Of a DNA stretch of 64,000 nt, positions 1 through 13,501 are shown in pieces. Position 1 is the stretch's first letter, and each line of letters begins with the position of its first letter. The notes beneath the pieces are model-generated. The model searched no databases, was not told the origin of the DNA, and saw only the letters and a program-made list of their open reading frames with translations. A program made the translations under genes and the position numbers. Source of the stretch: Haliotis rubra (lineage: Eukaryota); the NCBI RefSeq assembly GCF_003918875.1, contig NW_025767131.1:620001-684000 (forward strand), read 5' to 3'.

Positions 1-147
1 TTACCAATACCCAAACGTATATGTGCACCGTTTGATGAAAAGACAATATCTCCTAATTTGAATTAGTTGCAATAGTGCTGTATCACTAAATCATTGTTGT
101 CGGGAACATGTTTTGTCAAGACTATGAGTGGTTGCAAAACCGTGTGT

Positions 148-1515
148 TCACTGTTTGCTTGTACTTACGTCTGAGTCTACTTGCTCGGCCGATCTCTTGG
201 CTATTTGGGCAGCAAAGGACTTATCCATTCTCTTCCCCAGTCGTGCTCCGAACATACGTGAGTCAATTTGCCGTTTTCCTATACTGCCACGGAATGCCAT
301 AGGGTCTACTCCCCTCTTTGCGTCAACATCAGAACCGTCCCTCTTCCCGAGTTGTGCATTAAAACCATAGGAATCCATTCTCCTTTTTCCTAGCTGCCCG
401 GCAAATCCAAGGGAATCAACGCCCCTCTTTCCAAGGGTTCCAGCAAAGCCATATCCATCCATGCCCCTTTTCCCAAGCTGCCCAGCAAAACCAAGACTGT
501 CAACAACTTGACGCTTTCCAAGTTGTCCGGCATAACCGAAACTGTCCATTCCTCTCTTGCCAAGCTGTCCCATGAACCCATAATGATCTACTCCGCGTTT
601 GCCAAGCTGACTTGCAAAGGCAAACCTGTCAACGGCCTTTTTCCCTAACTGACCTGCGAATCCCATTCTGTCCATTGCCCGCTTCCCGAGTTGACTCGCA
701 AACCCAAACTTGTCCATAGCCCTCTTGCCAAGCTGACTGGCAAATCCAAAATTGTCCATACCTCGTTTACCGAGTTGACTTGCATATCCGAACTTGTCCA
801 TAGCTCTTTTCCCAAGCTGACTTGCAAATCCGAACTTGTCCATGGCTCGTTTACCCAGCTGTCCAGCGAATCCCAAATTGTCCATTCCTCGTTTACCAAG
901 TGTTCCAGCGAAACCAAGACTATCCATTCCACGTTTACCAAGAGTTCCAGCAAAGCCCAAATGATCCATTCCACGCTTACCAAGCTGTCCTGCAAATCCT
1001 AAATTGTCCATTCCACGCTTACCAAGTTGTCCTGCAAATCCTAAATTATCCATTCGTCGCTTTCCAAGTTGTCCAGCAAATCCTAAATTATCCATTCCTC
1101 GCTTTCCAAGCTGTCCAGCAAATCCTAAATTATCCATTCCTCGCTTTCCAAGTTGTCCCGCATAGCCAAAATTATCCATTCCTCGTTTTCCAAGAGTTCC
1201 GGCAAATCCTAGACGATCCATGCCTCTCTTACCTAACCGGCCACCAAAGAGGATTGGGTCAAACCGTCGTTTTCCCAGAGTTCCAGAAAAACCTAGTTTG
1301 TCCACTGTTTGACGTTTATCGTCATTATTGTTTGTGTCATATACTGATTTGCTCACATCCTCGAAATACCCATCATTGTCTACATTGTCTTTCCCCTCAC
1401 TTTCACTGGCCTCATCTGGTGTTTGTGGAACAACTACATCTTCGGCCTGGGTTGATGACGCCAAGAGAATATATGTAATTAATCCTAGGCAGAAAGGTGT
1501 CATTCTTAACAGCAT
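148..1515 (-). CDS. buccalin: Buccalin (allatostatin-A-like) neuropeptide precursor, main coding exon
   Basis: Intact ORF from ATG 1515 (MLLRMTPFCLGLITYILLASSTQA, signal-peptide-like), then an acidic spacer, then 26 Gly-extended peptides flanked by KR/KK/KRR (e.g. GMDNLGFAGQL-G-KR x5, AMDKFGFASQL-G-KR). These match the GMDxxxFxxxL-amide buccalin pattern. Splice acceptor tttcag|GTA at 1531/1530 in phase 0. Confidence 0.95.
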   Translation of the reverse strand: MLLRMTPFCLGLITYILLASSTQAEDVVVPQTPDEASESEGKDNVDNDGYFEDVSKSVYDTNNNDDKRQTVDKLGFSGTLGKRRFDPILFGGRLGKRGMDRLGFAGTLGKRGMDNFGYAGQLGKRGMDNLGFAGQLGKRGMDNLGFAGQLGKRRMDNLGFAGQLGKRGMDNLGFAGQLGKRGMDHLGFAGTLGKRGMDSLGFAGTLGKRGMDNLGFAGQLGKRAMDKFGFASQLGKRAMDKFGYASQLGKRGMDNFGFASQLGKRAMDKFGFASQLGKRAMDRMGFAGQLGKKAVDRFAFASQLGKRGVDHYGFMGQLGKRGMDSFGYAGQLGKRQVVDSLGFAGQLGKRGMDGYGFAGTLGKRGVDSLGFAGQLGKRRMDSYGFNAQLGKRDGSDVDAKRGVDPMAFRGSIGKRQIDSRMFGARLGKRMDKSFAAQIAKRSAEQVDSDVSTSKQ

Positions 1516-1844
1516 CGTTCCTTGGTGTACCTGAAACAAACAATAAATGTTAGAACGAAACGCAAATAGAATATATCTGCTTGATAAGTCCTCATAGATT
1601 GGTTACAGTTGGTGTAGTTGATTAATGTCATCGTTAAGAAATAATGCAGAAACATGTATCTTAAAGAGAATCATGTTACAGAACAGATTTTCTGAACGCC
1701 TGGTTAAAATCGTATTTTTCAGCCACTAACCAGAAGTGATAGGTTTCTCCTTAAGACTCTACACTACCGACTGATGGCTTTAAAAAGACATTGCGTAGCG
1801 GGTAATTAGCAGGCGTCATAAACATATGCAAAATCTAGTTAATT

Positions 1845-1955
1845 GTTCACCTGAAATAATTCGGGAACGTATCATACAAGGCAAAATAGGGACTTGCATC
1901 GGACCTAATTTTTGTCACTGAAGCATCAAATTTCGAAATGCCCTCTATATATAGT
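1845..1955 (+). repeat. Unclassified interspersed repeat fragment (second copy at 42488-42590)
   Basis: tcacct(g/a)aaataattcgg(g/a)aacgtat...tttgtcac.ga.gcatcaaatt..gaaatgccctc occurs at both loci. Confidence 0.7.
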
Positions 1956-2341
1956 AAATCGTTCTTACTGATCCAATTTCTCAAAGAAGTTAGATCCTTT
2001 TGTGTAAATCTTTCACGTACGAAACAAAAAAGCTATTGCTTATATTGTTCGCAGCAGAAGATTGAAGGATGATCCATGGTCTTAGGCTTTTCAGGTTCCT
2101 TACAATAGCACTTGTACAAATCATCCCGTTTATGCTTTTGCTGTATGTAGTATTAATATCACCAAAGGGGCAAATGTTTTTCGCCTGAACACAATTGTGC
2201 TTAAGCAACCTTATGCGGGCACGATATATTATGATACTCGTCCCACATCTATATCCATTAACCCTTTCAATTGTAAGAAATGTACGCTTGGATCTATCCA
2301 AGATCACGGATCTTCAGAAATACATATTCAGTATACATTCA

Positions 2342-2498
2342 ATCAGTCAAGAGTTTGAATGATCGGGATAAGATGGGTTGAACATGTACCCGCGTTTCGT
2401 TGATAGATGTGCACAAAACGGGTATCGAATGGACTGGCTCTGTGACCTATCTTATTTCGTATTATCATTCCCCGAATGGCTCTGATCGTTGACTTGAT
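2342..2498. repeat. Decayed long inverted repeat (old hairpin/MITE)
   Basis: Arms atcagtcaa/ttgacttgat, ataagatgggt/acctatcttat and tacccg..ttt/aaacgggta are nested symmetrically. Confidence 0.5.
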
Positions 2499-4976
2499 AG
2501 GTCACCTGACCCAAACATCCAAGTGCGATTAGAAAACAATCCAAAGTGCTGTAGATTGCCTCAACTCACTCATTCGCGTACAGTTCAGGCTTCTCATATT
2601 TTCTCGTGGAATACGGCTCGCATAACAACTATTCCCATGATGAGTGGTTTCTGTGAACATCATGACGGCCAAAGTGATGACAGGCCTAATTGGAAGCGAA
2701 GCAATAAGCTGTCATAGCTACTGGCTCATCAAAGATTCTTCATGCCTTTACAGGGTTTCATATGGACCTATATGAATGGCAGAAACCTCTGATAGTTGCG
2801 CTCAGGTTTGACGTTGGGTCAGACACATAAAGGACGCACGTCGTATGCATAGATGTCAGTTTCAAGCACGTATTCATCAAAATGAGTGACAATTAAATAG
2901 CAATGTCAGAGAGTTCCTATTAAATACGGTCTGTCAATCAAATTTGACCTGAGACCTTGTACAAACCTTATCTAGCCGCCACATGTGCTTTAATGCATGG
3001 AGTTCAAATACATTAACTCCTTCACAGAACATTGATGTAAATGTCAAGGAAAGATACATGATGATAGCTATGACATTCAATGGGGGACCAGATACAAGCA
3101 TATTGTTTCATTTTTTGTCACTTCCATTATCCTTTTTGAACTTCTGGCGCATCTTGTTTCTATGTGTTATTAATTAATAGTTTGTCTCCGGTCACGTAAT
3201 CGTAGTAATACCGTTTAGCTCTTGATAATTCTGCAAACTTGATATGGTCATGTTAAACGTGCTCTATCGCAATTGAAATGAGAGGTGTTATGCTCCATAT
3301 ATACCTATTGCTGCGAATACGCACCAGACAAATAAATACTCCCAAAGTATATCTGTCAACCATTTATCAACAGTTGAGTCAGGCAGAAAATACGCCACTT
3401 AGCATCAAGACGTTTCCCGATCATGAATTCCCGATATTCCGTTCTTGATGACATGAATGAATAGTTGCATGCACCAAATGACCACCGTATGTGTATCGAA
3501 TTGTAGAATAGAACCATAATGTGCAATGCGCGAAAGGTCAATCGAAATTAAAGATGTATTGGTGGGAATGAATACAGAGATACTGTCGCATGTAAGGAAT
3601 AATTACCTAACTGATGTCGATTCACTTAATATTAAACGTCAGCGCCAGAGAATAATCAGTCTCAATTACCCAGATTACAGATTCCGCTGGGCGTTAAAAG
3701 CAGAATAGATGAGAAAATATATGAATGGGTAACGGGAAATAATTTATGACACCAGGTGTTCATAAAAAGGGTAAATTAACACAGCGAATATTATGTATGA
3801 TTATTACATTTACTTATGCATCTTCTTGAAAGGTATAAATCTGTGAAAATTACATAAGTGAATAAAGAGAACATACAATTTGGTCTATTTCCAGAAACTA
3901 AGTAGGTATGCATTATTTTGGTGAATACTTTTAATTCACAGATGTCTCTTTCTTACATATGTGCGTCCTGTATTCACCATAAACAGCGCGACTGTTTACT
4001 TATCTACTTAGACAAATACCAATTCCTAATGGCTATTAATCATGATGATCCGAAGATTTGTCATAAAGGATAACTTTCGTGACACAAATCATAGCGGCAA
4101 ACACCAATTTGCAGCCATCATTTTATTATGCCTCTAAGTCTTTCGTGTTTTATATTGATTCTTGTATCACCATGTGTTTGTTTCTGCGTGGAACGGCAGT
4201 GACTGGTACTCAAGTGTCAATTCCCTGTCGACCAGCGATTTTGGTGAAAGCATGTTAAGGAAAACATAATTTCAAATGATTGTGACTATCAGGTGATCAA
4301 CTGGATCTAATCCAGGTAATTTCCAATCAACTGGACAAATTGAATAGATTGTGTTTGAAAGGAATGGATTGTAAAGTCATTTTGTTTCATTTGGAACCCA
4401 AAACAGAACTATAGTTGTCATTTCTTTTCTCAATTTTTAGGATGTGATAGGAAACTGCCTTCATTTCAACTAATGATATAAAGAGATGGTGCTATTTACC
4501 ATTTATTTTGAGTGCTTTCCTCTGACAAAATGGTCATCTTAACGGTAATGTTGTTATAGGATCTATTTGACAGTCAGCTGCTAATGCCCTTATACATCAG
4601 TTATCAGTGCCAATCATGTACATTGCAACAAAACACTAAGACTGATGAAGAGATGGATCGATGACTCAAGTGATGTCCGAACAATCAGATCCAGCAGATC
4701 CTTTATTTGACACAACGTCCTAATCCTTCAGATGGGGTGATTATGAACGGATGAAGGCAACAAAGCTGACATGGTGACACAGCATTCCATCGTCACAAGT
4801 GTGACGCGATTTCGAAGGCTCGGGGCATAGTGAGTGATTTCAGATAAACGCAGCTATGAACGATATTTCAATAATAACGCCGCTTGCTCAGCTTCATGTT
4901 GAAGGATAACAGGAAGTGATGCGTGTTATGATGTAAAAGAGGAAGCTAATTAAACACGGGGTGAACCGAGATTAGA

Positions 4977-5142
4977 CTGACTGACTGAGTTTGGTTTTAC
5001 GCCGCTTTAAGCAATATTACAGCAACATCACGGCGGGGGACACCAGAAATGGGCTTCACACATTGTACCCATGTGGGGATTCGAACCCGGGTCTTCGGCG
5101 TGACGAGCCAACGCTTTAACCACTAGGCTACCCCACCGCCCC
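4977..5142 (-). mobile_element. tRNA-Asp-derived SINE (family A, CAGT-tail subfamily)
   Basis: A box TAGCCTAGTGG, GTC anticodon-like loop, B box GGTTCGAATCC, (CAGT)n tail. 14-bp TSD gaaccgagattaga at 4963-4976 and 5143-5156. Confidence 0.95.
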
Positions 5143-5203
5143 GAACCGAGATTAGAACCATGATCACATGTTCCTGGTACATGTAAGGGACCTAACTACT
5201 TAC

Positions 5204-5362
5204 CATGAAAAGAGGTGCGAGAAGAACAATATCAGTTGCGCTGAGGATACAACATATGGCACCAACGATAAGAGTGAAGAACGGTTCATACGTTGTAGAG
5301 GGTAAAACCCCTTGATACACCGATTTGAAGAGGCTACCGGCTGTGTATAATCCGTACTATTC
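5204..5362 (-). other. Candidate upstream exon of the buccalin gene ending in ATG
   Basis: Minus strand reads ...ttttcATG|GTAAGT (perfect donor at 5203), in phase 0 with the acceptor at 1530, giving M-VHQGTMLL... The upstream boundary is uncertain (weak acceptor at 5362, or a TATA-like TATACA near 5349). Confidence 0.35.
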
Positions 5363-5433
5363 CTGTGCACAGTCGAATCGTGAGTTTAACATTCTCATCT
5401 CTCTTGGGATTACGGATAAGAACACGTCCACAG

Positions 5434-5575
5434 AAACCTATCCTTCGAGGTGACGTATTCAGGTTTCAGGCTGGATGACTTGGTTGATTGCGTGTCTGAA
5501 TGTCTGGTCGAGACTCGATTGCAATTAGTTACAAGCCACAATCACATTGCTGGTATATTGCAGAGTGTAGCGTTC
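5434..5575 (+). mobile_element. Degenerate copy of family B retroelement
   Basis: tcaggctggatgacttggttga...tgtctggtcgagactcgatt...gctggtatattgcagagtgtagcgtt aligns to the family B body and tail. Confidence 0.6.
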
Positions 5576-7697
5576 ACCATCCAGTACATCAACGAAATCA
5601 AACCAGCTACCAAACTGATGAAAAGGGTATTTATATATTTTCTTTGTTCAACAACACCCTACTGCAACTCCAATTTTGTAACCGCTATGACTGAAATGTT
5701 GTCCCATTTCGATGAACGAGATGGGGACATTAATACATGCAATATTGATCACTGCATGTCAAATGTCCAGCGTCATTTGACAATATGCAGTCCTATATAT
5801 TGTATTTGTTCGGATTTCTTTCGTCGTAGTCTATGTCTTTTTTTTTAATTTTAAAAAAGGTCTTGAAATCTTAAATAAGAAGCTGGACGGTACAGACATT
5901 CTGTTAAATTGTTCACTCAGAACAACCATGACCCTGGTTCAATCATGTGATGTCCATGGCTGGTGTATCCGGACGTGATGTTGCTTGGACATTGCCGAAA
6001 GCAGCCTCACATCATACCCAGTCATTCCAACTGTTAATGTTAGCACCGATACTCCATACACGATCCCATCTATACAGGTCCTACGAGGTCTCAGAATGGA
6101 TCAGGAAGTCAGATTCGGTGACAGTGTTATAATATATACAGATTCGAGTATATATTTTCGTACGTCATATACACGAATATGTAACACTGCCAAGTCCGGA
6201 CGCTGCGAATTTGTGTAGGTTTATGGAAGTACAAGCCCCAAGAGATTGGTTTGGTTAGCTTTTCGAATACACTAGAATCCCTTGTAAGTTATCCTTGACA
6301 TACATGATACATTGTAGTAAGCCCACAGACAAAAGAATATTTGAAGTCCGGAACTAGTTGGAACTGTTGAAGTTCAGACCCTTGGTTCTTCTCGTGTACA
6401 CTTGGTGTCATCAGTAGCTTCCTCGGTGATCCACTGTTTCTCCTGTTATATCATATGCTTCGTAAATTATGGAACGGGTGTGTCATATTCCCGCCCTACA
6501 GCTGGGTCTAAAACGTGTCATGAATGTATACTCCCTTAGCAAAAGGGGATTCGTCGCAAAATAATTAAATTCAAAAGACAGTCCTACATATACATCTCAT
6601 GAAACTTGTCAGAGAATGTAATTAGTATAAATATACGATCACGCTACCGCATCGGCTTCACTGAAATCACTATTTACATCTTGCGTTTCTTATGTCGTTC
6701 TAAACTAGATTTCCAGTTAACTCTGAAACTGTTCTTGGGCAAGGCCTTTATTGCTTGTTCATACCATCACTTAATGGCAGCTTCGTCGTTTGCTTCTTGC
6801 ATATTGCATGCATGTCTGGTCTCATCGACTATAAACTGGAATTTAATTTGATAAATCTTCTTTCTTTAGATCCGACAGGCCTAATGTTACAGACACTGAA
6901 TGAAAGAGACTAGGATTCCGATTGCCGTCATCGAAGACACACAGGGACCTATTGGAAGAACAGCCAATAGTGGCTCGAGCGAATTTCATTAGTTGAGAAG
7001 TAACGCCATTAACGGGAGAAACTTTAGGCTAATTTTCACTATTGGTACCTACATGTTCTGGAACTCTACTGATTAGTTGTGTTCAATATCACCCACGTTT
7101 CATCTTCCATACTTCTTCCGAACATGAGCGAATACATGTCGGTGTACAATGTTGACATCGAAAGTGATTAACACAGTAGTTACCATAACATGCAGTTATT
7201 GCGAAAGTATGATTACTTGCATAACTTGTAGCCCTTGTGATATTTCAGCGCATATTTGCATAATTTCGACTGTATTCAGTCGTATTGAAATCTTAGAGTC
7301 CAGTTATATTGCGCTAAATCCACAGCGAAAGCATAACGCAGACAGTTATTACCCCACACAATCCAAGTTGCCTGTGAGGCGCTAGCCTGTGAGGCGCTAG
7401 AAGGTTACCGGTTACCCATTTTCTGCTGTCTTAATTAGATGTTTTAGTGCGAGATATAGGTGGTAATACATTGAATCTAAACACTTGAAGACGCTCTTGT
7501 ATTAACGTCATCTGTGTAATAAACAACAATCAGTTGAGTTGCTTCACTCATGTCCTGTGTTCCAACCCTATCAAATGTACTACGTCTAAATCTTTGTCGT
7601 GTCAAATTTCCGCTTGCAAGCACCCACAACTGCCTGGATGTGTTCGCCAAGGAGTTGAATTTCAGATTATGTTTCTTGGTAGGTCTCCTACATAGAC

Positions 7698-7853
7698 GGG
7701 CGGTGGGGTGGCCTAGTGGTTAAAGCGTTCGCTCGTCACGCCGAAGACCCGGATTCGATTCCCCACATGGGCCTAATGTGTGAAGCCCATTTCTGGTGTC
7801 CCCCGCCGTGATATTGCTGGAATATTGCTAAAAGCGGCGTAAAATCAAACTCA
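7698..7853 (+). mobile_element. tRNA-Asp-derived SINE (family A, CACT-tail subfamily)
   Basis: Full length. 13-bp TSD ctcctacatagac at 7685-7697 and 7854-7866. Confidence 0.95.
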
Positions 7854-9640
7854 CTCCTACATAGACAAAATGCGTGATACCGTAACAATATTCAATGACT
7901 CCTTGGTTTCGTTGCTCTTTAGTCAGATGTCTATAGCTACAGCCAAGGAAACTAGAGGTTTCATTATGGCTGTTGGGCGTACTATGAGTCCAATGATGTT
8001 GAAATGGGCTTTAGGTTCATTCATAACCAGCTGTTCATTCTTTGATTTTGTTGCCATGATGAAAACAATCTCGTGGGGCGATAAAGGAAATATATGACTG
8101 TAAAAGAAAGCTTGTGTCCAATAACAGCATGTTAGAAAAGGCGTCAAACCATGTGAAAGTTCTCAAAACACAAAACCTTGACACACAATGGGACAACAAT
8201 ATCACTCAGTCTCTCACTTGCCGATCAAAGGATCGAGACACTGAACATCAAAAACGGCGCGGCAGATATATTCCTTATATGTGAATCTAGTAATCTACAT
8301 CAGAACATAAATCTTCGAAGTTCATTTGCTGTTGATAGACGGGGTTCGCAAAGAGCAAAGGTGGACAAAGGAAGACTACAGGCACATGGCGCAAGTATAG
8401 ATTAGTGGGCTCATCAACAAGGTTCAAGATGAACGCCTTCAACTCCCAGAAATTAATCTTGACCTTTCCTCACTATCGGGGATGATCAAAGGGGAGTTCT
8501 CGTCATGTAAAGGAGGTTCAACGGCATCCAGGAGCCACTCGTATATCATTGGGCAGTCATTGTCCGCGAAGTAATTCCCACACAGACCTGTCTACCGTGT
8601 GTCAACATTGAGCTTTGTGGTCCGAAGAATTAAACGACCTCTGTGAACAAAGGACATACTTGGACAAGCGCTTATTGCATTTTGAATCTCATCCTCATTA
8701 TTTGGACACTTATATCATGTGTAGGTGTTCAGATAATGGTGTCCCTTATTTTGTATGGTGTCTAATGGACTGGTCCACAGTTCAAGTATGCTTTGGAAAA
8801 AACACCTGATATATGACATATGCTGCATTTGTAATGTTCTAAGTTGAATCTCCACTTATCATTTTGGTTGCATCACATACAAACATAAAAAACAAAGCAT
8901 ATCAACAACACGTTGTTATGTATTTCTGTATTTACCATTCCAATGTCAGGATTAGGTAAGTTTTTATTTTATCTATATTTGACTGGGACACGTTGACCGG
9001 AACAGCAATGCATCATTTCGTATTTCTTCTAAAAATATTACAGAGTTGATTAAGTTGGAAGTGTTTGTTTCCCGTGGATCAAAACAACAAGTCTGGTGCA
9101 AGGATATCACCGATTCAGATAAATCTGTCTGGATAGACAGCTACCAGGGATTGTCTGAACAAATAGTGCCAGACCGAAATCAAAGTGCAGCATAGAATTG
9201 ATGAATCATTTACCGTGTCAATTAAATACTGTTCGTCTCGCCTGAGGCCGGTTCCCATTGCAGTTGCCGTGAAGGATTTCTTACTTTGACGATATCTGTC
9301 ATTGGACATTCTCTTTAATTTGTTTTGCAGGTATTCTTACACGATCAATCAAGGATGAAGGGCTTCGGTGGCCTGTGATCAGTCACATATCGTCGTTTAG
9401 AGCGAGTAGCTTGTGGAACGTTACACTATGGATAGAACTGTGATTGAGCATCGTGTAGATGTATGTCGACGTTCACGTAGGATGCGATCAACTACTGATG
9501 TAATACCCTAAATAAATTCCTCTGTCACATCATTGACAACAGTTCCATTTCGTGCTCAAGTTCGTTCATTAATCTTTTTTTATGGAGTGTAATATGTCTA
9601 ATTAGAAAGGTCCTAGTATTCGCAGTGCAGGAATAGACAA

Positions 9641-9773
9641 GTTGGTGTGGTAGACTTGTTAAAGCGTTCAATGTCCCACATGGGTTTAATGTGTGAACAC
9701 CAATTCTGATGCCCCGACGTTATACTGCTGGAATATTGCTAACCGCGGCATAAAACCCATTTCACTCACTCAC
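9641..9773 (+). mobile_element. Degenerate family A SINE
   Basis: cccacatggg..aatgtgtgaa...gctggaatattgcta..gcggcataaaac..(ctca)n. Confidence 0.8.
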
Positions 9774-11011
9774 TAGACTCCATAACTTGAAGACTCACGT
9801 ATCACAGATTAACTGTTAATGTGGCCTCACTCATGCACTTACTTGTTGACAATACCCACAAGGACTATGCATCATGTGTACCGAATATTACCCCACTATG
9901 TTGAGTAAAGATATTTCTAATCCTGAAATATAGCGAGCCTTTAAGTAACAAACAACAGCCTAATGCTGACTTACTGATCAGCAAAACTACACTACACGAA
10001 ATAGCCATTTTTTTCATTTGGAAAAGCAACAAGTAAATACACATAATTCATGCCTTATAACATCAAAATGTCAAAATAAATGGGTAGTTATTGTAATTTT
10101 ATTCTATGGTTTGCTACTTAAAATACTGAATACAGTACATAATGGCTAGATGATATACATACATCATAATATCGTCAACTGAAACAACATCTCATAGAAA
10201 GATTTATGGACTTGATGTCCGGGAACGATATTGTTACAGAAAAACGACGGTAATTACATTTCTAATCTTCTTTCATTTACAGCCACATTTACATTTACAA
10301 GCTTTGACTTGCACTGAAATGTTTTAAAAAGTCACAATCTATTGTGAATGTCATACAAAAGACTGAATAGGTCCTTTATTCCTAGAAAAAAACATAGTAG
10401 CATTTACATTGCTTCGAGAACCCATACCACGCCATTCAAGAATGGGAAATGTCAAGGGGATCTCAATATAACCAGCGAAAATAACCACGTTTTCGCCAAA
10501 CACAGTGGCTCTAAAAAGCAATTACACAGGTGACGTACTGCCTGATGAGTGAGTGACATAATGCAGGTAATTGTTAAGTGGGAGTGCTAATAGTGGTAGA
10601 TCTGTACTCTTTATATATGGTACTTGCGCTGAAACAAATGCCCCTGCAATTCAAAGGTTGCCTCTTTAAAGGACAGAGGTTAGCGTTCGATGACTATCTG
10701 ACACTGAGTTAACGCCTAGGCGCTGATGTATGTTGTGCTTATATGGCCAAAGGATTGAGTGAATGTGTTTTTTCGTCAGTTAGATATACAAGTTATATCC
10801 CGGCATATATGTTAGCGAGGGATGAAATATAAGGCTTTAGACAGAGAAGCGCACCAGGACATTATTGCGCTGACAAACATACACACAATCGGGACGGCCC
10901 GAGATCCGAACCACAATAACAGATTTGTCCAAGGAACGCAACTTTGCAACGACCTGGCTACCTGTGTCAGTTATGGCCAAAGGAATAGTGTAGAATACAT
11001 CATGGAGTGTA

Positions 11012-11175
11012 GGGGCGGAGGGGTAGCATAGTGGTTAAAGCGCTCGCTCGTCACGCCGAAGGCCCGCCTCGATTCCCCACATGGGTACAATGTGTGAACC
11101 CATTTCTTGTGTCCCTCGCAGAGATATTGCTGGAATATTGGTAAAAGCGGCGTAAAACCACACTCACTCACTCAC
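11012..11175 (+). mobile_element. Family A SINE (CACT tail)
   Basis: Full length. Near-perfect TSD tcatgg(a/t)gtgta at 11000-11011 and 11176-11187. Confidence 0.93.
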
Positions 11176-12157
11176 TCATGGTGTGTAATCAGGCCCCTTG
11201 GGAAGCCGAGGGGGATATTCACATACAAACAGTGTGTTGACCCCAGTATTTTAACTGCAGGTACGCTAGTCCAGTTGATACCGTTTCCATCATTACGTGA
11301 TTTCAAAGGCCCATTCCATTCGATTTCTCACATTGTCTTTTTCTCACATTAACTTCTTGCCACTTTGCAACAACTAAAATAAGAAGGGCGAAGTTTCCGT
11401 AATCAGCAGATATATTTGTTTACAGCCGAGCGCATTGAACGTCTCTGTCTGTAGGATCATGATGAGAGTGTGTGTATGAATGCCGGTCTCTTGCGTATGA
11501 ATCAGCTACGTACAAAATTCAAACTGGAGGCACCAAGTCTGAACCTACTGGAATATTGCATAAAGGGAACATTGAAATTATCTGTAATCTCATAACTCTT
11601 GTAGATAGTAAGTACCAAAGGGACTGCATTCTTTAGACGAATATTTTGTTCGAACCATGTGAGACATATGTTGCCTTGTCCGTGCAACGGGGGCATTTAT
11701 GTCACCTTCCAGCCGAAATGTAACAGTTCCGATGTTTTGTATTGTACACAATTCTTCCTGAGATAACATTCGAGTCTTATTGTCGGGTTGTTTGATGTCA
11801 TTTATATTGTGTTCTCCGGTCAGATTATTGTAATTATGTCAATTTGTAATGGCTATGCTATTTGAGGACTAATAAGTGGGGGCTTTCATGTCGGGTAGCA
11901 AGATTATAGATGAAAGCTTGCTGCAAAACAAAATGGGCTTATTTATACTCTGCTTTTCTCTTTTTTGCAGTTTGTGCATTCTGTGACGACTACATCATGT
12001 ACTGATGTAACCCGTTCCGAAAGACACGTATTGTGCTCACCTTATCTTGTGATCCCTTTGTGGGATACGACTCGACAGTATTTTAAACTTGTCATACGAA
12101 TTAAAGGTATGGCAAAGCTGGTTACTGTCGGCACAAGATACATCACCTGTCATTATG

Positions 12158-12351
12158 TACCCATGAAGATATGGGTTAGAATTGGTCTTCAGAAACCCAT
12201 GTTTGTTGTAGAAGGCGACTAGCGAGATCAGATGGTCAGGCTCGCAGACGTGGTTGAAACAATCAATTGTGTAGATCGATGCTCATTATGTTGATCACCG
12301 GATTGTCTGGTCCAGACTCCATTATTTACAGACCGCTGGAATATTGCTGAG
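12158..12351 (+). mobile_element. Family B non-tRNA retroelement, diverged copy
   Basis: acccatgaagatatgggttagaattggtcttcagaaacccatg...ggcgactag...tctggtccagactc...gctggaatattgctgag. Confidence 0.88.
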
Positions 12352-12359
12352 GTGCGTGT

Positions 12360-12412
<53 letters not shown>

Positions 12413-12422
12413 CGTGCGTGTG
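12352..12422. repeat. (GT)n(GC)n microsatellite
   Basis: Seen directly. Confidence 0.95.
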
Positions 12423-12699
12423 ACCACTTGGCTACAGTGGGTCTTGGGAGCATTAAGACAGAGTTTACCTTATCAACAGTCCATATTCTGTAACATGTTC
12501 TCTTTACTGAATAACAGTGAGTTGAAATAAATGGTTTCCAGAAATGAAACTGTTGGTGGATCAGGATATATGAAATAATGTGAGATATGACTTTTTACGA
12601 GTGTTAATGAGCAGCAGCTATGTTGCCTGCTTTAGATTTGAGAAAAACTCGGTCCTTGTCTGCGTTCTAGGTGTATTTTCTGGTTTTGCTGAGCGTTTG

Positions 12700-13300
12700 C
12701 AAATGAATATCGACGACTACGCACTCGAGTCGATACTATGGATTCGTATTGTTTGTAGACCCATCCATTAGTAAAAGGTACAAGGGTCGTTGGATTTCTT
12801 TCAAGGACACGGGATACCGCCTTCGCACTTGAGAAGTCCAGTGGTTCTTGAAGGGGGGCCAGCACATCTTCCAAATCAATGACATCTTTTGGCCTTCTCC
12901 ATTAACACGCGCACTCACTCACAAACACGGAATTGAATCCAGCAATACTGACTGGCGCCACAAAGCTCATCATCATTGTAATTAGATGCGCCACAAACAT
13001 CATTTTGCTGACCATTCCCAATAGCAATGCTTGATTTGGTATCATTAACATAACGATAATGAAAAGATTAATCAGTTATTTGTGCAAATTCGATGCGCCG
13101 CACCATGTCTGCAATGAACATATGAGTGTTATGCGAAATTCTGCTTCCTGGAACAAAGTTGTACGAGTTTGATTACTAATGTGATTGTGAAATCTGTTTG
13201 TCCCAGGAGTTTCTAGATGTTTCCATAACTTTCTATGGCTTTCTTTACGCAGTATTGTCTTTTGTCCAAAATTTTGAATATGGTATTCTATTCTGGACAT
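12700..13300 (-). mobile_element. Possible highly decayed DIRS/Ngaro-like retroelement remnant
   Basis: A GRCAGP-x-QEP motif (requires a frameshift) resembles the GRxxGPFxxPP pre-RT motif. A Cys/His-like segment lies upstream. Inference only. Confidence 0.25.
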
Positions 13301-13501
13301 CTCTTATTCCAAAGAATGGAATGTTTGGTAATGTGTCGAAACAGCTCATGGAACAGTATTTTGTCAACATCCTGATGTTTAACAATCTGACTTAATGTAT
13401 AACAATCACCACTGAACAGGATCATGACACTATCTACCAACAATACAGGATCTGACATATAGATGGAATATTGCTCTTTGCAAGATGTTTAAGACTTCAC
13501 T

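Noticed and set aside
108-1534. Several overlapping ORFs on both strands over buccalin
   Set aside because: These are shadow frames of the 42-nt coding repeat.
7698-7772. tRNA-Asp-like sequences as real tRNA genes
   Set aside because: The acceptor stem does not pair, and each continues into a shared SINE body and tail with TSDs.
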